Below, piece by piece: positions 37,281-51,510 of a DNA stretch of 64,000 nt; positions within the stretch are counted from its first letter, which is position 1, and each line of letters starts with the position of its first letter. Under the pieces are notes generated by a model. The model saw only the letters and a list, made by a program, of their open reading frames with translations. It ran no database searches and was not told the origin of the DNA. Source of the DNA: Eledone cirrhosa (taxonomy: Eukaryota); assembly GCA_964016885.1 (NCBI GenBank), contig OZ024741.1, forward strand, positions 191,208,001-191,272,000, read 5' to 3'. The translations under genes were made by a program, and so were the position numbers.

Positions 37281-38060
37281 CGTTTAACGTCTATCTTCCA
37301 CGCTAGGATGGGTTAGACAGGAATTATCCCACTCAAGGCAAGATTGGTCGGGTGACCGTGTCTCGCTCTTATAGGGCTGTCTGGCAGCTTTTCTACGGCT
37401 GGATGCCCTTCCTAACACCAACCACATTTACAGTGTGGATTGGGAGCTTTTTACCATGTTACCTACACTGCCACATTATAGCGTGGACTGTGTTTTTTTG
37501 TCGTGACACCTACACAATCTCGATCTCGATCTCATTATCTCATTTATTTGGACTGGATGTTGTGGTACCAACTTTACAGAGAAAGGGTGGTGTTGGTGGG
37601 AGTGGGAGGATGGAGTAGGGGTAGTGGATTGGGGTGCATATTTGGTTAAGAGGTGCCTACTGACTGTAGGTTTTGCTTTGTACATAGGCAAGGGGGGTCT
37701 TCTGTATTACTGCGTGGCGCCAAAGATCTCGGTCCACTGACATTGTCTTAGAGAGGTGCAAGTGTGTAAGGTCAGAATTTATCAGATCATCCCAGGTTTT
37801 TCTGGGTCTACCTACTCCGTAATTTCCATCAATTTTGATCGCCCTGCACTTTTTATACAGCTGTCGTCTTTCATGTGCACCACGTAACCATACCAACGTA
37901 GTCTTCTTTCAAGTAAACAGCATCTGATCCCTCTTATTCCTAATTTCTCACTTAGTTCATTTATGCTTTGCCGTTCACGTATATTACTATTACACATCCA
38001 ACAGAGCATGCATGCTTTATTCCTTTCCAGTCTGCGCAGGTGCTCTGCACACAATGCCCA
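37281..38060 (-). mobile_element. RTE LINE 3' fragment, same subfamily as 2254 and 52006
   Basis: WALCAE..RLERN..RLRWYG..GRPRKTWDDLINSDL plus 3' UTR. Confidence 0.9.
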
Positions 38061-38214
38061 TATATATATAATGAAGGAAGTGTGGTAAGGAACCAGGTGG
38101 ACCATAACGTACTTAGGGTAGCAGAGTGGGTAATAGGAAAGGAGTCAGGACCCCGACATCGGAGCTCCGGCCGTTTCGAGCCGTCGAGGTCCTACTCTTT
38201 TCCTATATATATAA

Positions 38215-38267
<53 letters not shown>

Positions 38268-38469
38268 TATATGTATATATATGTGAGTGTGGGGGTGTGT
38301 GTACATATATATATGCAGTATGTATCTATATACACATATGCATGTGCATATAAGTTTGTACCTAAATATATATGCGTGTATGTATGAGTGCATATGTGTG
38401 TGAGTATGTATGTATGCATGTGTGTATGTGTGATTATATGCATATATGTATCATCATCATCATCATCAC

Positions 38470-38892
38470 TGTTTTACGTCCATTCTTCCACGCTAGCATG
38501 GGTTAGATGGGTTGTCTTGTTGTGAGCAGTGTCCAGTTGGCTGACCTTGTCTTGCTCCTACAGGAACTGATTCTGGCTTGCTTTCTACAGCTGGATGCCC
38601 TTCCTAACACCAACCTCATTTACAGTGAGTGCTGGGTACCTTTTTCCATGGTGCCTACATGTTCACTTTACAGTGGGGGCCGGGTGCTTTTTTGCCGTGG
38701 TACCTCCATGACCACTTTGCAGTGGAATGATAGGGACCCCAGTTATATCATCTCCTTTCTACAGCTGAGAAACTGGAGCAATGTGAAATAAAGTGTCTTG
38801 CTCAAGGAAACAACACATCACCCGGTCCAAGAATTTAACTCACAACCTTTCGATTGCAAGCCCAATGCTCTAACCACTAAGCCATGTGCCTT
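38470..38892 (-). mobile_element. tRNA-derived SINE (CORE-like, RTE tail)
   Basis: Similar to 5855-6228. Confidence 0.85.
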
Positions 38893-38907
38893 ATATGTAT
38901 GTATGTA

Positions 38908-38938
<31 letters not shown>

Positions 38939-39274
38939 ATGAAGGGTCACTCTTGAGTGCTACTGGTAACATGTAACCCAGTACAACCTGTTGCATGATC
39001 GGGTCGTCGGCGACAAAACCGGCAACCCCACCAAGTTTACTTGGTGAGGAGGGTGATTTTGGACACTCTACATGACTAAAAACAAAACCTGACAAAGGGC
39101 AGAAGAACTCATAACAGTTAACGGCCATCCAAAAATGTGCAAATATGTATATATATGTATGCATGTGTATATATGTATATACATGTATGCATGTATATGC
39201 ACAGGGATATAGAAATAGTTGGGCTGGATACCCAATTGCGCAGTTAAACCACTGGGAGTGAAGGACCCCTAGCC

Positions 39275-39520
39275 TTTGTCAGGGCATTCTTCTAGGAGAA
39301 GGCAACTCAGGAAACTGGGATAACTCCGATATTGATCTTTTCTTCTTTTCGGGTTATAGCTACTGTTGCTCAGAGAGTGGGATTGGCTCAGTGCACAGTC
39401 TTTCTTCACTTTAAAAAAAATCTTCACACACAGGCATTGCATGATAGATTAATTGATAATTATTAATAATGTTATATCGTGCAATGGCCATACTGAATAA
39501 CAAGGGGGCAGCCATCATGT
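39275..39520 (+). repeat. ~240-bp dispersed direct repeat, second copy at 41030-41265; begins with an RTE 5'-UTR-like motif
   Basis: gtcagggcattcttcta...gggttatagctactg...ggccatact...ccatcatgtatg present in both copies. Confidence 0.8.
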
Positions 39521-40068
39521 ATGTGTGCATATATGAATATGCGATTGTAGATGTATGTTTGTCTGCATTATATATGTGATTGTATATGAGTGTTTGTCTG
39601 ATTGTATATGTGTGTGTCTGATGTATTTGTGTGTTATTGTATGTGTTAATGTCTTTCTAACTATTATATCTAAAGATCCTACTGAATTGTGCCAGGTGTT
39701 GTACAGATTATGGTAAGATATTGATAATTAATTGTGACAGCGCCAAACATTTTCCCATTGTAATTGGGGCACAGCTTGATTCAAGGGCCCTTGATGTCAG
39801 CTGACTTCCTCACACCCTAGCTTACCCAACAATGTCTCCTTCTGCCTGCTTCATTTTTACAATTATTTTCAAAAAAGTTGCCTCCCTCCACCATAACATT
39901 TTATCTTCCAAAATAGGCAGTCTGCAAACAAACATCAATATTAAACTTTCTTTAATCTTCACTATATTTGACCCTTGTAGCATTGCTTCATGATCTCCTC
40001 ACAACTCACCTCTTCTTCTTCTTCTTCTTCTTCTTCTTCTTCTTCTTCTTCTTCTTCTTCTTCTTCTT

Positions 40069-41010
40069 CCTGAGAGGGGGGACATGGGACAGAGTCCACA
40101 GTGGGTCCTGTCAGAACCAACCATCTCCAAATGATCTAGCTGGATCCTTGAGAAAGACCAGCCAAGCTCCTGAATGTTATCCAACAATCTTGACTGGATC
40201 TACCCCTGGGTTTCCTGCCGGTTAGTTTTGCTTGTAAAATCTGTCCAATGATTCTTTCCTGAGACATTCTAACCACATGTCCATTGTGTTGGAGCTAGGA
40301 TCTTTCAATTTGGAGAAGTAGTGGTTCTACTTGAAGCATCTCTCTAATCTCTGAGCTACACATTCTATCGAGTAATGTTATTGTATTCTTTTGGACATTA
40401 CCTAAGATTTATGACCGTGGGTAAAGGCCGGTGCGAATACTGAATTGAATATATTTGTGCTAAGCCATGGTCAAATCATTCTAAAGAATTGTGGCAGTAA
40501 GTTTTTAATGATTCTTCCATTGGCTTTCTCACACTCTAAACTAATGGTTCTTAATCTGGGGTGCCAGTAACTACAAGGGGTGTGAGAAGATGTACATAAC
40601 ACAACTTTAAAAAAAATTTTACTTGGATATTTTCATTGGATATTTTCTGTTATTTTCAAAATATTGTATTTATTAATCATAGTAGTTAATTAATTATATA
40701 GTAGCAACTAAATAGTTGATAATTTGACTTGAAAATTCAAGATCTTTTGCCATATGCACTAGGTTTAGGGGTGCAGGATAGAATTTCAAAATCTTAAGGG
40801 GTGCGGCAATAGAAAAAGGTTAAGAACCCCTCCTCTAAACTGTTTGTTCCAATCCATGGCAATATATTGGTTAGGAATTATAACAGTCCTAGAGATTCTT
40901 TCATTAGTTTGCATATCTGTATTTCTGTTTGTGTCTCATCACATATTTATTTCTAATTATATGTTTTGTTTATTACATTCAATATGTTAACACCATCTTA
41001 ACTATCTCTC
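40069..41010 (-). mobile_element. Old RTE-type LINE 3' fragment with (GAA)n tail (40011-40068), interrupted by a hAT MITE
   Basis: Minus strand encodes ..QILQAKLTGRKPRGR..; (CTT)n on plus at its 3' end. Confidence 0.6.
40542..40832. mobile_element. hAT (Charlie-type) MITE
   Basis: Imperfect TIRs taatggttcttaatct / aggttaagaacccctc; perfect 8-bp target duplication ctctaaac at 40534-40541 and 40833-40840. Confidence 0.8.
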
Positions 41011-41384
41011 AGTTAATCTGTATATATGTATGTCAGGGCATTCTTCTAAACCTGCGGCTCAGTAGTTACTGATGATGTTGATCTTTTCTTCTTTTTGGGT
41101 TATAGCTACTGTCGCTCAGCGAGTAAGATTGGCTCAGTGCAATCTTTCCTCACTTAAAAAAAAATCTTCATGCACAGGCAATGCACCATAGAATTAATTG
41201 ATAATTATTAATAATCTTATATTGTGCAATGGCCATACTCGATAATGAGGGGACAACCATCATGTATGTATGTATGTATGTATGTATGTATGTATGTATG
41301 TATGTATGTATGTATGTATGTATGTATGTATGTGTGTATTTATGTTTATCTCACCACATTCATTAGATTTTTTAAATAATAATT

Positions 41385-42670
41385 ACTAGAGAAGAATAAG
41401 CCACTATACTTAGCTTTTGTTGACCTAGAGAAGGCCTTTGATAGGGTACCCCAGTCTGTCATCTGGTGGTCCCTAAGGAAACTAGGTGTAAAAAAATGGC
41501 TTGTGAGGACAGTGCAAGCTAAGTACAGAGATGCTGTCAGTAAAGTCAGGGTAGGAATGGAGTTTAGTGAGGACTTCCAGATACAAGTAGCAGTACATCA
41601 GGGTTTGGTCCTCAGCCTGCTCTTGTTCATTATAGTCCTCCAAGCCATAACAGAGGAGTTTAAGACTGGCTGCCCATGGGAATTTCTCTATGCTGACGAT
41701 CTGGTACTTATAGCAGAATCAGTAGAGGAGCTAGAGAATAAATTCTGGCTATGGAAACAGCAGCTGGAATTAAGAGGACTGAGAGTAAACCTAGCTAAGA
41801 CTAAAGTATTGATAAGTAGAAAAGAAGACAGAACTCTGATTCCGCCAGGGAAATGGCCATGTTCAATATGTAGAAAAGGAGTTGGCATAAATTTTATAGA
41901 ATGTATACAATGCAGATCTTGGGTACACAAGAGATGTAGTGGGATAGCAGACAAACTAACAGGTAGGGAAAAATACATATGCAGTAGATGTTCAGGGAAA
42001 TTTGACAGTAGAAGTCGCAGTGATAGACACATTTTTCAAATGCAGGTAGGATCTATAGAGGTGGTTGATAGCTTCTAATACCTAGGTGATCAGATTAGCA
42101 AGGGAGGAGGGTGCTCCGAGGCCATAGTTTCTAGAATAAGGACAGGATGGAAGAAGTTTAGGGTGCTGCTTCCTCTGTTGACAATGAAGGGTTTCTCCCT
42201 ATGAACGAAAGGTCAATTATATGATGCCTGTGTGAGATGCACGATGCTGCATGGTAGTGAGACATGGGCAGCAACTGCGGAGGATATGCGACGGCTGGAG
42301 GGAAATTAAGCAACTATGCTCCAATGGAGGTGCAATGTCAATGTGTATGAATGACCAAGCATAGATGAGTTGAGAGAGAAATTGTGTATAAAGAGGGATA
42401 GGCTGTAGTGTGTGGGAGAGAAGACTGCATTGGTGTGGCCATGTGATGCACATGGAGGATGACCACTTTGTAAAGAAATGCCAAGAAATGCCAGTAGAAG
42501 GAAGACACAGTAGAGGAAGACCACAAAAATCATGGACCGAGGTTGTGGTAGCTGACCTCAGATCACTGAAGCTCATGGAGGAAATGACGAAGGACCGTGA
42601 CGAATGGAGAGATGCTGTGCTGAAGAGGACCTGTCCCACCCTTGCAAGCAGGGAAAAGCGGACTTAAAAT
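41385..42670 (+). mobile_element. RTE LINE, 5'-truncated and disrupted
   Basis: LAFVDLEKAFD, FLYADD, WVHKRC, GRP..W; (GAT)n tail. Confidence 0.92.
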
Positions 42671-43392
42671 GATGATGATAATGATGATGATGATGATGAT
42701 GATGATGAGGATGACGACGATGATATATTAATAGTGACCTGATTAAATATTGCATAAACTTTACTAATCCCCCCCTCAGCAAAAAAAAAAAAAATCATCT
42801 CTGTGTTGCTATAAACAAAAAGTTCTTTCATACTTAAAATACTTCAATTGAAATATGTAGTTATATAATATACAGCCATATCTAGCCTCCATAGACCATA
42901 AATTTCACTGACTTCATTGAAAACTGCTGGAAATTAAACAAACCATGTTCAAATAAATTAAATCATATTGGAATGACAATACCATATATAAAAATAGTAG
43001 TTATTGTGATTGCTGAATATTCTGTCCCCTGACTGATGTCATGTGACTGATGTCAGGTGACTAATATTATTCATCTATTCAGACTTTGTTAACAATGGAA
43101 TGTTATAATTTGTTATAAATGGTTGCTTCTCTCTCTCTCTCTCTCTCTCTCGCCCCCCCCCCCCCCTCTCTCACTCTCTCTCTCTCTCATATTGTAAGAT
43201 AACATGTATGTGTACACTTACTTTGAGATATATTGAAGTTCTTTGCATTTATACAAGTTTTTCGATGCGTTCATATTGTTTTTACAAATGTAAGATCCCT
43301 ACTAAATAATTAAATTATATACATAAGTACACATACGCACACATACACACACATATTTTAAAGTTAAATCTGTTCACATTACTCTTACAAAT

Positions 43393-44030
43393 TTTTTTTT
43401 TTTTTGTTTTTAGTAAAACAATTTTATTGACAGTTACAAATCCCATTATATGACAACGAGCTATGCAAGTATTACTTGGTCCTGGCAGTTAGAATATCAA
43501 ATGTGCAAGCCTGCAGAATGGTGAAGAATATAAATTATTATGGAATATATCATGTAAATACAGTTTAATAGAAAAAGGAAAAAAGAAAATTTAGATTGAG
43601 AAGAATGGAATGTAAAATAGGAAAATATATAGAAAAAAGAAAAAAAATGGAAAGGGGAGGAAATGGCAAGAACTGTAGTGCCACAAAAGCATGGAGAAAG
43701 GGAGATGATTGGGCTCTGGGCCTAGGGCATGGTGGTAGAGGGGTTGCGCCCCACGGACAAGATTGCAAAAGCATTCCTGTGGACAATGGCTGGTGACACC
43801 CGGTCCAACAGCCACCCCACCTCGCGAGACTCCCTCCTCAGATGGGTCGCTGATGTTCTGATCTTTCAGAGGAGCTTGATTATATGGAGTCCAAGTACAC
43901 CTGAGATCTCAATGGCGACCGGTGCAAAGAGGAAGCGGCTGGACAGTCCTCAAAAACCATTCCATCTCATCAGGCTTATTTCTTGCAATAGTCATCTCTA
44001 TCTCTATCACACAGAGATGGGAGATGGTTC
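43393..44030 (-). mobile_element. Probable LINE 3' end with aataaa and poly(A), family uncertain (Tx1/L1-like)
   Basis: Plus-strand poly(T) at about 43393 and tttatt; GC-richer body upstream on the minus strand. Confidence 0.4.
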
Positions 44031-44139
44031 TTACAAACTATCTCTATTCATATCTGTTGATCTTTTGATTCTCCTAATAAATTTCATGCATACACATTAC
44101 TGTCTATATTCATACATTATAGTGACACATATACTCACA

Positions 44140-44590
44140 CCAGTCCACACTATAAAGTGGTTGTGTAGGTGTCATGACAAAAAGCGCCCAGTCCACACTA
44201 TAAAGTGGTCATGTCGGTGTCATGACAAAAAGCACCCAGCCCACACTGTGAAGTGGTTGTGTAGGTGTCATGACAAAAAGCGCCCAGTCCACACTGTGAA
44301 GTGGTTGTGTAGGTGTCATGACAAAAAGCGCCCAGTCCACACTATAAAGTGGTCATGTCGGTGTCATGACAAAAAGCACCCAGCCCACACTGTAAAGTGG
44401 TGGTGTAGGAGCCACAGCAAAAAGCCCCAAGCACACACTGTAAATATGGTTAGGGTTAGGAAGGGCATCCAACTGTAGAAACCTGCCAGATACAGTCCTA
44501 TATAAGTAGGATACGGTCACCTGACCCAACTTACCTCAAATGGGACAACCTGTCTAACCCATGCTAGCGTGGAAAATGGATGTTAAACGA
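44140..44590 (+). repeat. Tandem ~63-bp repeat (about 4.5 units, each two ~30-bp halves) inside an RTE/SINE 3' tail
   Basis: cagtccacact(a/g)t(a/g)aagtggt..tgt.ggtgtcatgacaaaaagc repeated, then the normal gaagggcatcc tail and (GAT)n. Confidence 0.9.
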
Positions 44591-44877
44591 TGATGATGAT
44601 ATACATATATACACTGACACATACAGACTAACACATATACATAGATAGAGACTTATATCATCATCATCGTTTTACATCCATTTTTCCATGCTTGCATATA
44701 TATCCACAGAGGAAATTGGTCAAACTGACCATTGTGAGGAAACGTGGTGGTGGGAAATCCAAATACTGAATTCTAGCCATAAACTCTCAACCAGACAAAT
44801 ACAGTAGAAAATAAAGAGAGAGTTGCAAAAAATATATAAATTGAACTAAATTAAAATTAAAATATCTTCAAGCATAT

Positions 44878-45795
44878 GGGAGGACAGGTCTTCACAGTAC
44901 TGCATAGTGTCACAGGTCACAGTACTGTGTCATTGCCTTGGTGAGGTGTAATTGTGGAAGGTCAGCTTTTATTACCTCCTAAGTCTTCCTGGGCTTGCCC
45001 ACTCCATGGATACCATCAACTTTGTGTACTCTGCACCTTTTTATACATCTGTCATTCTTCATACGCAACATATGTCCATACCAATGCAATCTCCTCTCCT
45101 GCACACAACAACTGATCCCTCTTATGCCTAATTTCTCACACAGTACATTTATACTTTGCCATTCACATATATTGATATTGCACATCTATTGAAGCATGGA
45201 GGCTTCATTTCTTTCCAATATTCTCAGAGCCTCAACACACAGTGCCCAGGTCTCACTGCTGTTCGTATACATGCATCATACAGTCTGCCTTTCATTCTGA
45301 GTGAAAAACCTTTTGTAGCTAGCAATGGTAGTAGCTCCCTGAACTTTCTCCAACCCAATGTTACTCTGGTTATTGTGCTTTCAGAACACCCTCTTCCACT
45401 ACCGATTTGGTCACTCAGGTAACAGAAACTATCTACCAGTTCTATCGAGCCCTCTGGGCATTTGAAGGTGATTGTATCCTGAGGGCTGTTGCTACTTATT
45501 GCCCCTGTGCACCGGTCACATGTAAAACCTACATTCTTTGTTAGCCTGCCAGAGATTCCACTATATCTCTTGTGTACCCATTGCTTCCATTTGGGACATA
45601 GGATGGAATTTATATCTACTTCTTTCCTGCACATTAAGGAGGGCCATCTCTGAGGAGATCTGGGTCCTGTTTTCCCTTCTACTTATTAAGACTTTAGTCT
45701 TTGCCAGGTTGACTTTAAGACCTTTAGATTCTAGGCCATACCTCCATGCATGGAATTTCATCTCTAATTCAGCTATAAGGGTTAGATCATCAGCA
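44878..45795 (-). mobile_element. RTE LINE fragment, third subfamily
   Basis: YADDL, WVHKR, LYDACIR, RLHWYGH, GKPRKT. Confidence 0.9.
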
Positions 45796-45839
45796 TATAT
45801 ATTTATACATGCACACATATATATTTATACATATACACA

Positions 45840-46731
45840 CACTGTGTGCAGATAAATCTGGAATTTTTACATGGAAACAGCACCATGATGTCACAGCATA
45901 GTAAGGTTTTGAGAGTGCCATTAGAAAGTACTACACCTCAGTAGCTGTCTGGCCATTGCCACTCAAGGTGCTTAGTAATCAACATGTCTTCAGAATATAA
46001 TCATTGAGCTGCTATTGTGGAGAACCTTCACGTTGGTCACAAAGCCAAGGAAATCCTTGAATAGTTTAAATACCCTGAAACCATGGTCTACGACTTTGCA
46101 AAGACATATGGGGCCTCAGACAGCAAGGACAATTTTAGGCCAGAATGTAAGACTCATAAGAAAAGCTCTTTCACTACCAGGATGCCCAAGTTCGTCCCTA
46201 ACGGCTTCCACCTTGTTGCCAACAGCTTTGGAAGGTTCCTGGACAAGCATGCAAAACTCTGGATGGAGATGGAGGCTAATGGGAGACCCTACAGCTTTTA
46301 ACAGGACTCCACCCTGCTCATGAGGCCATGACCACCCAGGCTTGGCTCTTTGTCAATGTACCATACCACTAGTTGCCCAACTTATGGTCCCCCTTATCAC
46401 CAGACTGTAAACCTCTTGATTTTTTGTGTGGGACATCTTGGAGAGGGAGGTGAACAGCAGGCCCTACAACACCAAGGAGGCTCTCAAGGCAGCCATCAGT
46501 GGCACCATGGCCAACATGGACAGGGATGCTGCTGTCAAGGCCTGCTACATCTTCTGGTCCCACCTAGAGAAAGTGGTGGCTGCCGATGGTTGCCACATCA
46601 AGTGATTTTTATACCTTATATATGTGACTAACTGTGTATAAAGTTCCATTGAAATATATTTATCTATTACATCAAAAATGCTGTTTTTATTATACATTAA
46701 TTTTTTCTGGATTTATCTGTGCTACACTGTA
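45840..46731 (+). mobile_element. Internally deleted, degenerate maT-type Tc1/mariner element
   Basis: Imperfect TIRs (tgtgcagataaatctggaa / ttctggatttatctgtgctacactg); remnants QDS, WSPLSPDCKPLDF.VW. Confidence 0.7.
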
Positions 46732-48989
46732 CACACACGCACACACACACACATATATATATATACACACATACATATACACATACATACATATACACAC
46801 ACACTGACATATTTCATGTATGACACAGAATACTAATCACAATCGATTTTTGATACATGCTACCATGGTATACTCAACATTTTAGGACATTACACCATAG
46901 CATACACAAGAGTTTACCACACAATGTCATACACACACGTTTACAGTGTGCTACCATAGTGTCACAAGGAAATATCAGTAAAGTAGTGGACAAACAAACT
47001 GAGACTATGTAAAGTAGAGAGGACCCTTTGTTCCTGTCAAGGTCATAACAACCTCTTTTGTGCTGTCATGATAAATTGTAAATCTCTCTGTAAAGTGGTT
47101 GCTGATTGAATGGAGAGAATATAGAGTAGATTGGGCTCTTCAGTCTTGTTGATTAAATGACAACCTCTCTAGTATTGGTGCTATGTTAAATTGCACTCAA
47201 TTCATTCGGTAAAGGGTTTGGTGTTTGGAATGACAACCAAGTTAAATATGGAATATATCAGCAAGATGTAGTTCTTCAACCAGATGTAAAATGATGACAA
47301 TGGTGATGATACTATTGCTGCTTATTGTATGATATTGTGGTATACACAACAGTTTATGACATATCATGGCGTACATAACAATTTACCACATGACATGGCA
47401 AACTACATATTACCACATGCTTAGTTGGTAAACACTACACATTACCACATGATATCATGGTATACACTACACAATACCACATGATATAATAGTATACACA
47501 GCAGTTTACCAATTGATATCATGGTATGCACTGCATATTACCTCACAGTATGTTGGTATATATCCCAGTTTAGTTTCATCTATTAAAAACATTTCTTTTA
47601 TGATAAATTCTGATACAAACTTAAGTTTAGAAATTGTCAAGAAATAGATTTTACCATTTTTAGGATTCTAAGTTGAAAAGACATGTCAGCTGAGCATCAT
47701 CATCATCATCATCATCACGTCCATTTGTTTCCATGCTGGCAACAGGTGATTATTGAGAGAGTGTTGATGTTCTCAATTTTACTTGCTAGATACAGCAATC
47801 AAATCTTCCTCAAATCACACACTATCATTTAAAGAAAGCTAACACACTCAATACTGTAATTTGTGGTATCTGAAAAAAAGAATGATGGGATGATCATGAC
47901 TAGAATATCTTAAATCATAGATTAGTTTGACCAGCATTGGCTTGTGACTAAACAACAACAACTATTAAGAATGTATTGTACGATGTAGATATATTTCTGT
48001 TAGTCATACCCTGGTTTAACAATGGAAGCTGTTTCTCATAAATATGATTTAAGTTCAGGAAATTTATAAAGAATTGTCTTTAACACCATCACTTAACTAT
48101 TTACCTCACTTCCTATCACATATACTTTAATAAGTTTTTCTTCTTAGTTTTGTAATTTTATGAAACAATATATGACTCTCTTAACAGTTCTCTATTAATG
48201 CCACTTTGCTACCAGATATATATTTGAAACCACCAATGACAGATCAATGATCCTCTGATTCACACTCTTTTATACAGTTACAGGAAATATCAGGTTCTGT
48301 AGCAATTCATTTATGATATTTCTTAAAATGATGTCATGCAATCTTCCTTTTAGTCTTCTCAACCAGTTCTTTTATTCTTATGTCCATTAATAGTGAGAGC
48401 TTGGCACTTGAGGATTTTTCTTATTTTACAATGTACTAAGCCAAGCCAGCAATTAATTAATGTCTACATTATATTGTGTTCTTTCAACATTTAGTTTTGC
48501 AGCCACTCAAAGTCTGACTCATTTCAACAATTTGTTCTTTATGACTGTTTATCATATTCAATTCTAAGAGTAATTATGGACTGGTCAGCAGGTGTTGGTG
48601 CCAGTTAGTCAGGGTAGACAAAGAGTTTGGAACACAGGAAACTAGTTTATTCATAGATGTGAGTTTACTAAGAAAGGAAATATTATCTTTCTTCTCTTTC
48701 TCATCCACTGTCTTCCCTCTATTCTCTCTCTTCTCTATCTCTTTCTCTCTCTCACCTCTCTAGTCCCCTTTGTCTATCTCTTCTCTTTCATTTCTTACTT
48801 CTTTCTCTTTTCTCTCATCTTTCTCTTTTCTTTCATCTTTCTCTTTTCTCTCTTCTCTTTGATCGCTCACTTCTTTCTCTCATCTTTCTTTTCTCTCTCA
48901 CCTCTTTCTTTCATCTCTTTCTCCATCTGGTGATGGTGATGGTGGTGGTAGTGGTGGTGGTTGTGTCCAAACACACCATATATATTAAA

Positions 48990-49044
48990 CACTAAAAGTA
49001 AAATGTAAGTATGCATACATACACACATATATACAGACACACAC

Positions 49045-49103
<59 letters not shown>

Positions 49104-49490
49104 TATACATATACATATGTATATATGGGTTATACCGAATATTAATAATAATATTCGATACATTTGTAAACAAACGGCCCAATTAAAGCTGTACCGTGCC
49201 GATGACTCATTGTCATCCGCTTGTTCACCACTGGCATTGAGGAACAATCAACATGTTTTAGGGTCATTACCGTTCATGAGGACTGTTTACCTCTGCCAAT
49301 CTGTTGAACAGTTGAAAATATATAGTATTTTCTTAAGTACACATCGGCTGAGTAGCTTCATTTGCATACCAAGTGAGTTATGGCTGATAGTGCCGAAAAC
49401 TAAAAATAAAAATAAAATTCCAATTTTATTTCTTGCTCTAGCACAGCTGATACATAAATGTAAGTATGCATACATACACACATATATATA
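48990..49490 (+). repeat. Unclassified ~470-bp repeat unit; related pieces at 21690-21850, 22235-22295 and 56080-56375
   Basis: Shared gggtt..ccgaa, tttgtaaacaaa and cagctgatac..aaatgtaagtatg motifs. Confidence 0.7.
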
Positions 49491-49497
49491 CACATAT

Positions 49498-51510
49498 ATA
49501 CAACCAGGCCTTCAAAAGAAGCGGCTTCTGGGTGGACATTTCCTATTATCCAGGCCCTACTACCGGATCCAGCAGGCGATGCCGCCACTCACATCACATA
49601 ATATGGTTTAACCCTCCCCACAATGCCGAGACTGCAACACCAATTGGGAAGATCTTCTTCAAACTTCTCGATAAACACTTCCCACCCCAGCTACCACAAT
49701 ATCCATCAATAGAAACACTTAAACTTTTGTTCAGCACTACATCCAACTTTGCACAAAACATTGCTTCATCTAACAATAAAAAACTCCTCTCTAACAGAAA
49801 CAACAATGATATTAGCAGTGAGCAAATTAGGAGTTGCAACTGTCTGGATTGATCATTGTGCCCACTCAACAACAGATGCTGTGAACAAAACATGGTCTAC
49901 CAGTGCAATGTGAGGACAGAACACTCCAACAAGGCCTACATTGGATTAACCGCCTGCGAGTTTAAGATCCGGTACTACCAACACCAACATTCATTTAGAA
50001 ACCTGGCCTGGCGACACGCTACAGCACTTTCTGGCCATATTTGGGACTTCCAAGACAACAATATTACTTATCATCTAAGTTGGAGCATACTTTCCAAGGC
50101 AAAATCTTACTCAGGAGGGCGCTGTCCGTGCAATTTATGCTCGGAGGAAATGATCCAAATGCTGTTTGCAAAGGACCGATTGTTAAACAAACAGGATGAA
50201 CTCGTTATGTCATGTAAACACAGAATATATAAAACATATCTTACCTTCAAATCCCCTTATGACCCAGGTGGGTAGATCTTGGCTTTATTTCCTTCCCAAT
50301 TACAAACTAAGATAGAGGAAGCCCCAAGCATCCTTAGGTAGAAATAGAATTTTTTTTTTGTTATTTACACTTTCTAAATACACTTAGGTGGATCTTTGTC
50401 TACTTACACTATTGTAAATAGTTCCTAATCTTCCTTAGGTAAACCTGGAGTGTATTCACTCTTGCTAAAGTATACATATAGGCCTTTGGAACTGGTCGAA
50501 CAGATAGTTATGATACCTAACTAGACCTATTAATCATAGTTTAAACATAATGCACAAATTTAATCATAGGCATTACTGGACAGCTGCTATGGAGGGCACG
50601 ATATATGGAGTCAACGTGTATCGGCATACAAATTTATATTACACTAGCGCTTAAGCACCACCACTACCTATAGCATCTGACCTGTTAAAGAAACCTATTA
50701 GCCAACCTTCAATGTTTTTTCCTTTTGCTAATGTTTGCCGATAGCTCTGAAATACATGTTAGATTGACACTTTCAGGCTTTTTGAGGAATTTACATTGCT
50801 ACAGAATCTTGGCTAATTTATAACAGTACTAGAGAAGAGATGATGAGTACTATCTTTAAGATTAAGGGTGGATTTTTGGGCTGTTTGAATATAAAGAAAA
50901 AACAAGTAAATTAGTGTATGAAGCGCCCCTCCTGGGCCTCAGAGTACTTGATAACTAGATTTCTTTATCGGGAGCTGAATTAGTAATAAAGTATAAATGC
51001 TTGGCTTTTTAGCCAAGTGTTAGATAAGGCAAATTTAACATAAATACTCTACGCTACTCTCTTTGACTTATACACGCCGATAATATATTTTTATTTCTTG
51101 TTTGTTTTTTATCGTTTTGAATTGAAGTTTAATGTTTCTACAGATTATAGATAGTTGTATAAGATAAAATATCTCTTAATGCCGTGCGTGCACGCCTGAC
51201 TGGCTTAGCATCGCCAGGTCAGTCCACCTTCTTACCCCTTGTATTTTGGCCTGTTTAGTCTCCCCACTGCCATGAAGGTAATAAACTATGTACACAACAT
51301 TCCAGATCACTGACCACTCCCTGTGACAGACAAGAAAAACAACAAACAATTAAGATTTTTTTATTAGATATTTTTGCTTTGACTGCTTGCCCATATATGG
51401 ACTGTACCCTTTGATAAGTTCAGCTAAATTCATGCCATTCTAATACTGGTGGGTTAGTTTGGATCTAGCTGTCGAAACGGCCGGAGCTCAGCCGTTGGGG
51501 TCCTGAATCT

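Noticed and set aside
44140-44445. CRISPR-like regular repeats (also 55636-55965)
   Set aside because: No unique spacers, eukaryotic context and no cas genes.
43729-44478. 249-aa ORF with CRCHDKK repeats resembling a metal-binding protein
   Set aside because: Runs across the antisense of a LINE end and a tandemly amplified retroelement tail.
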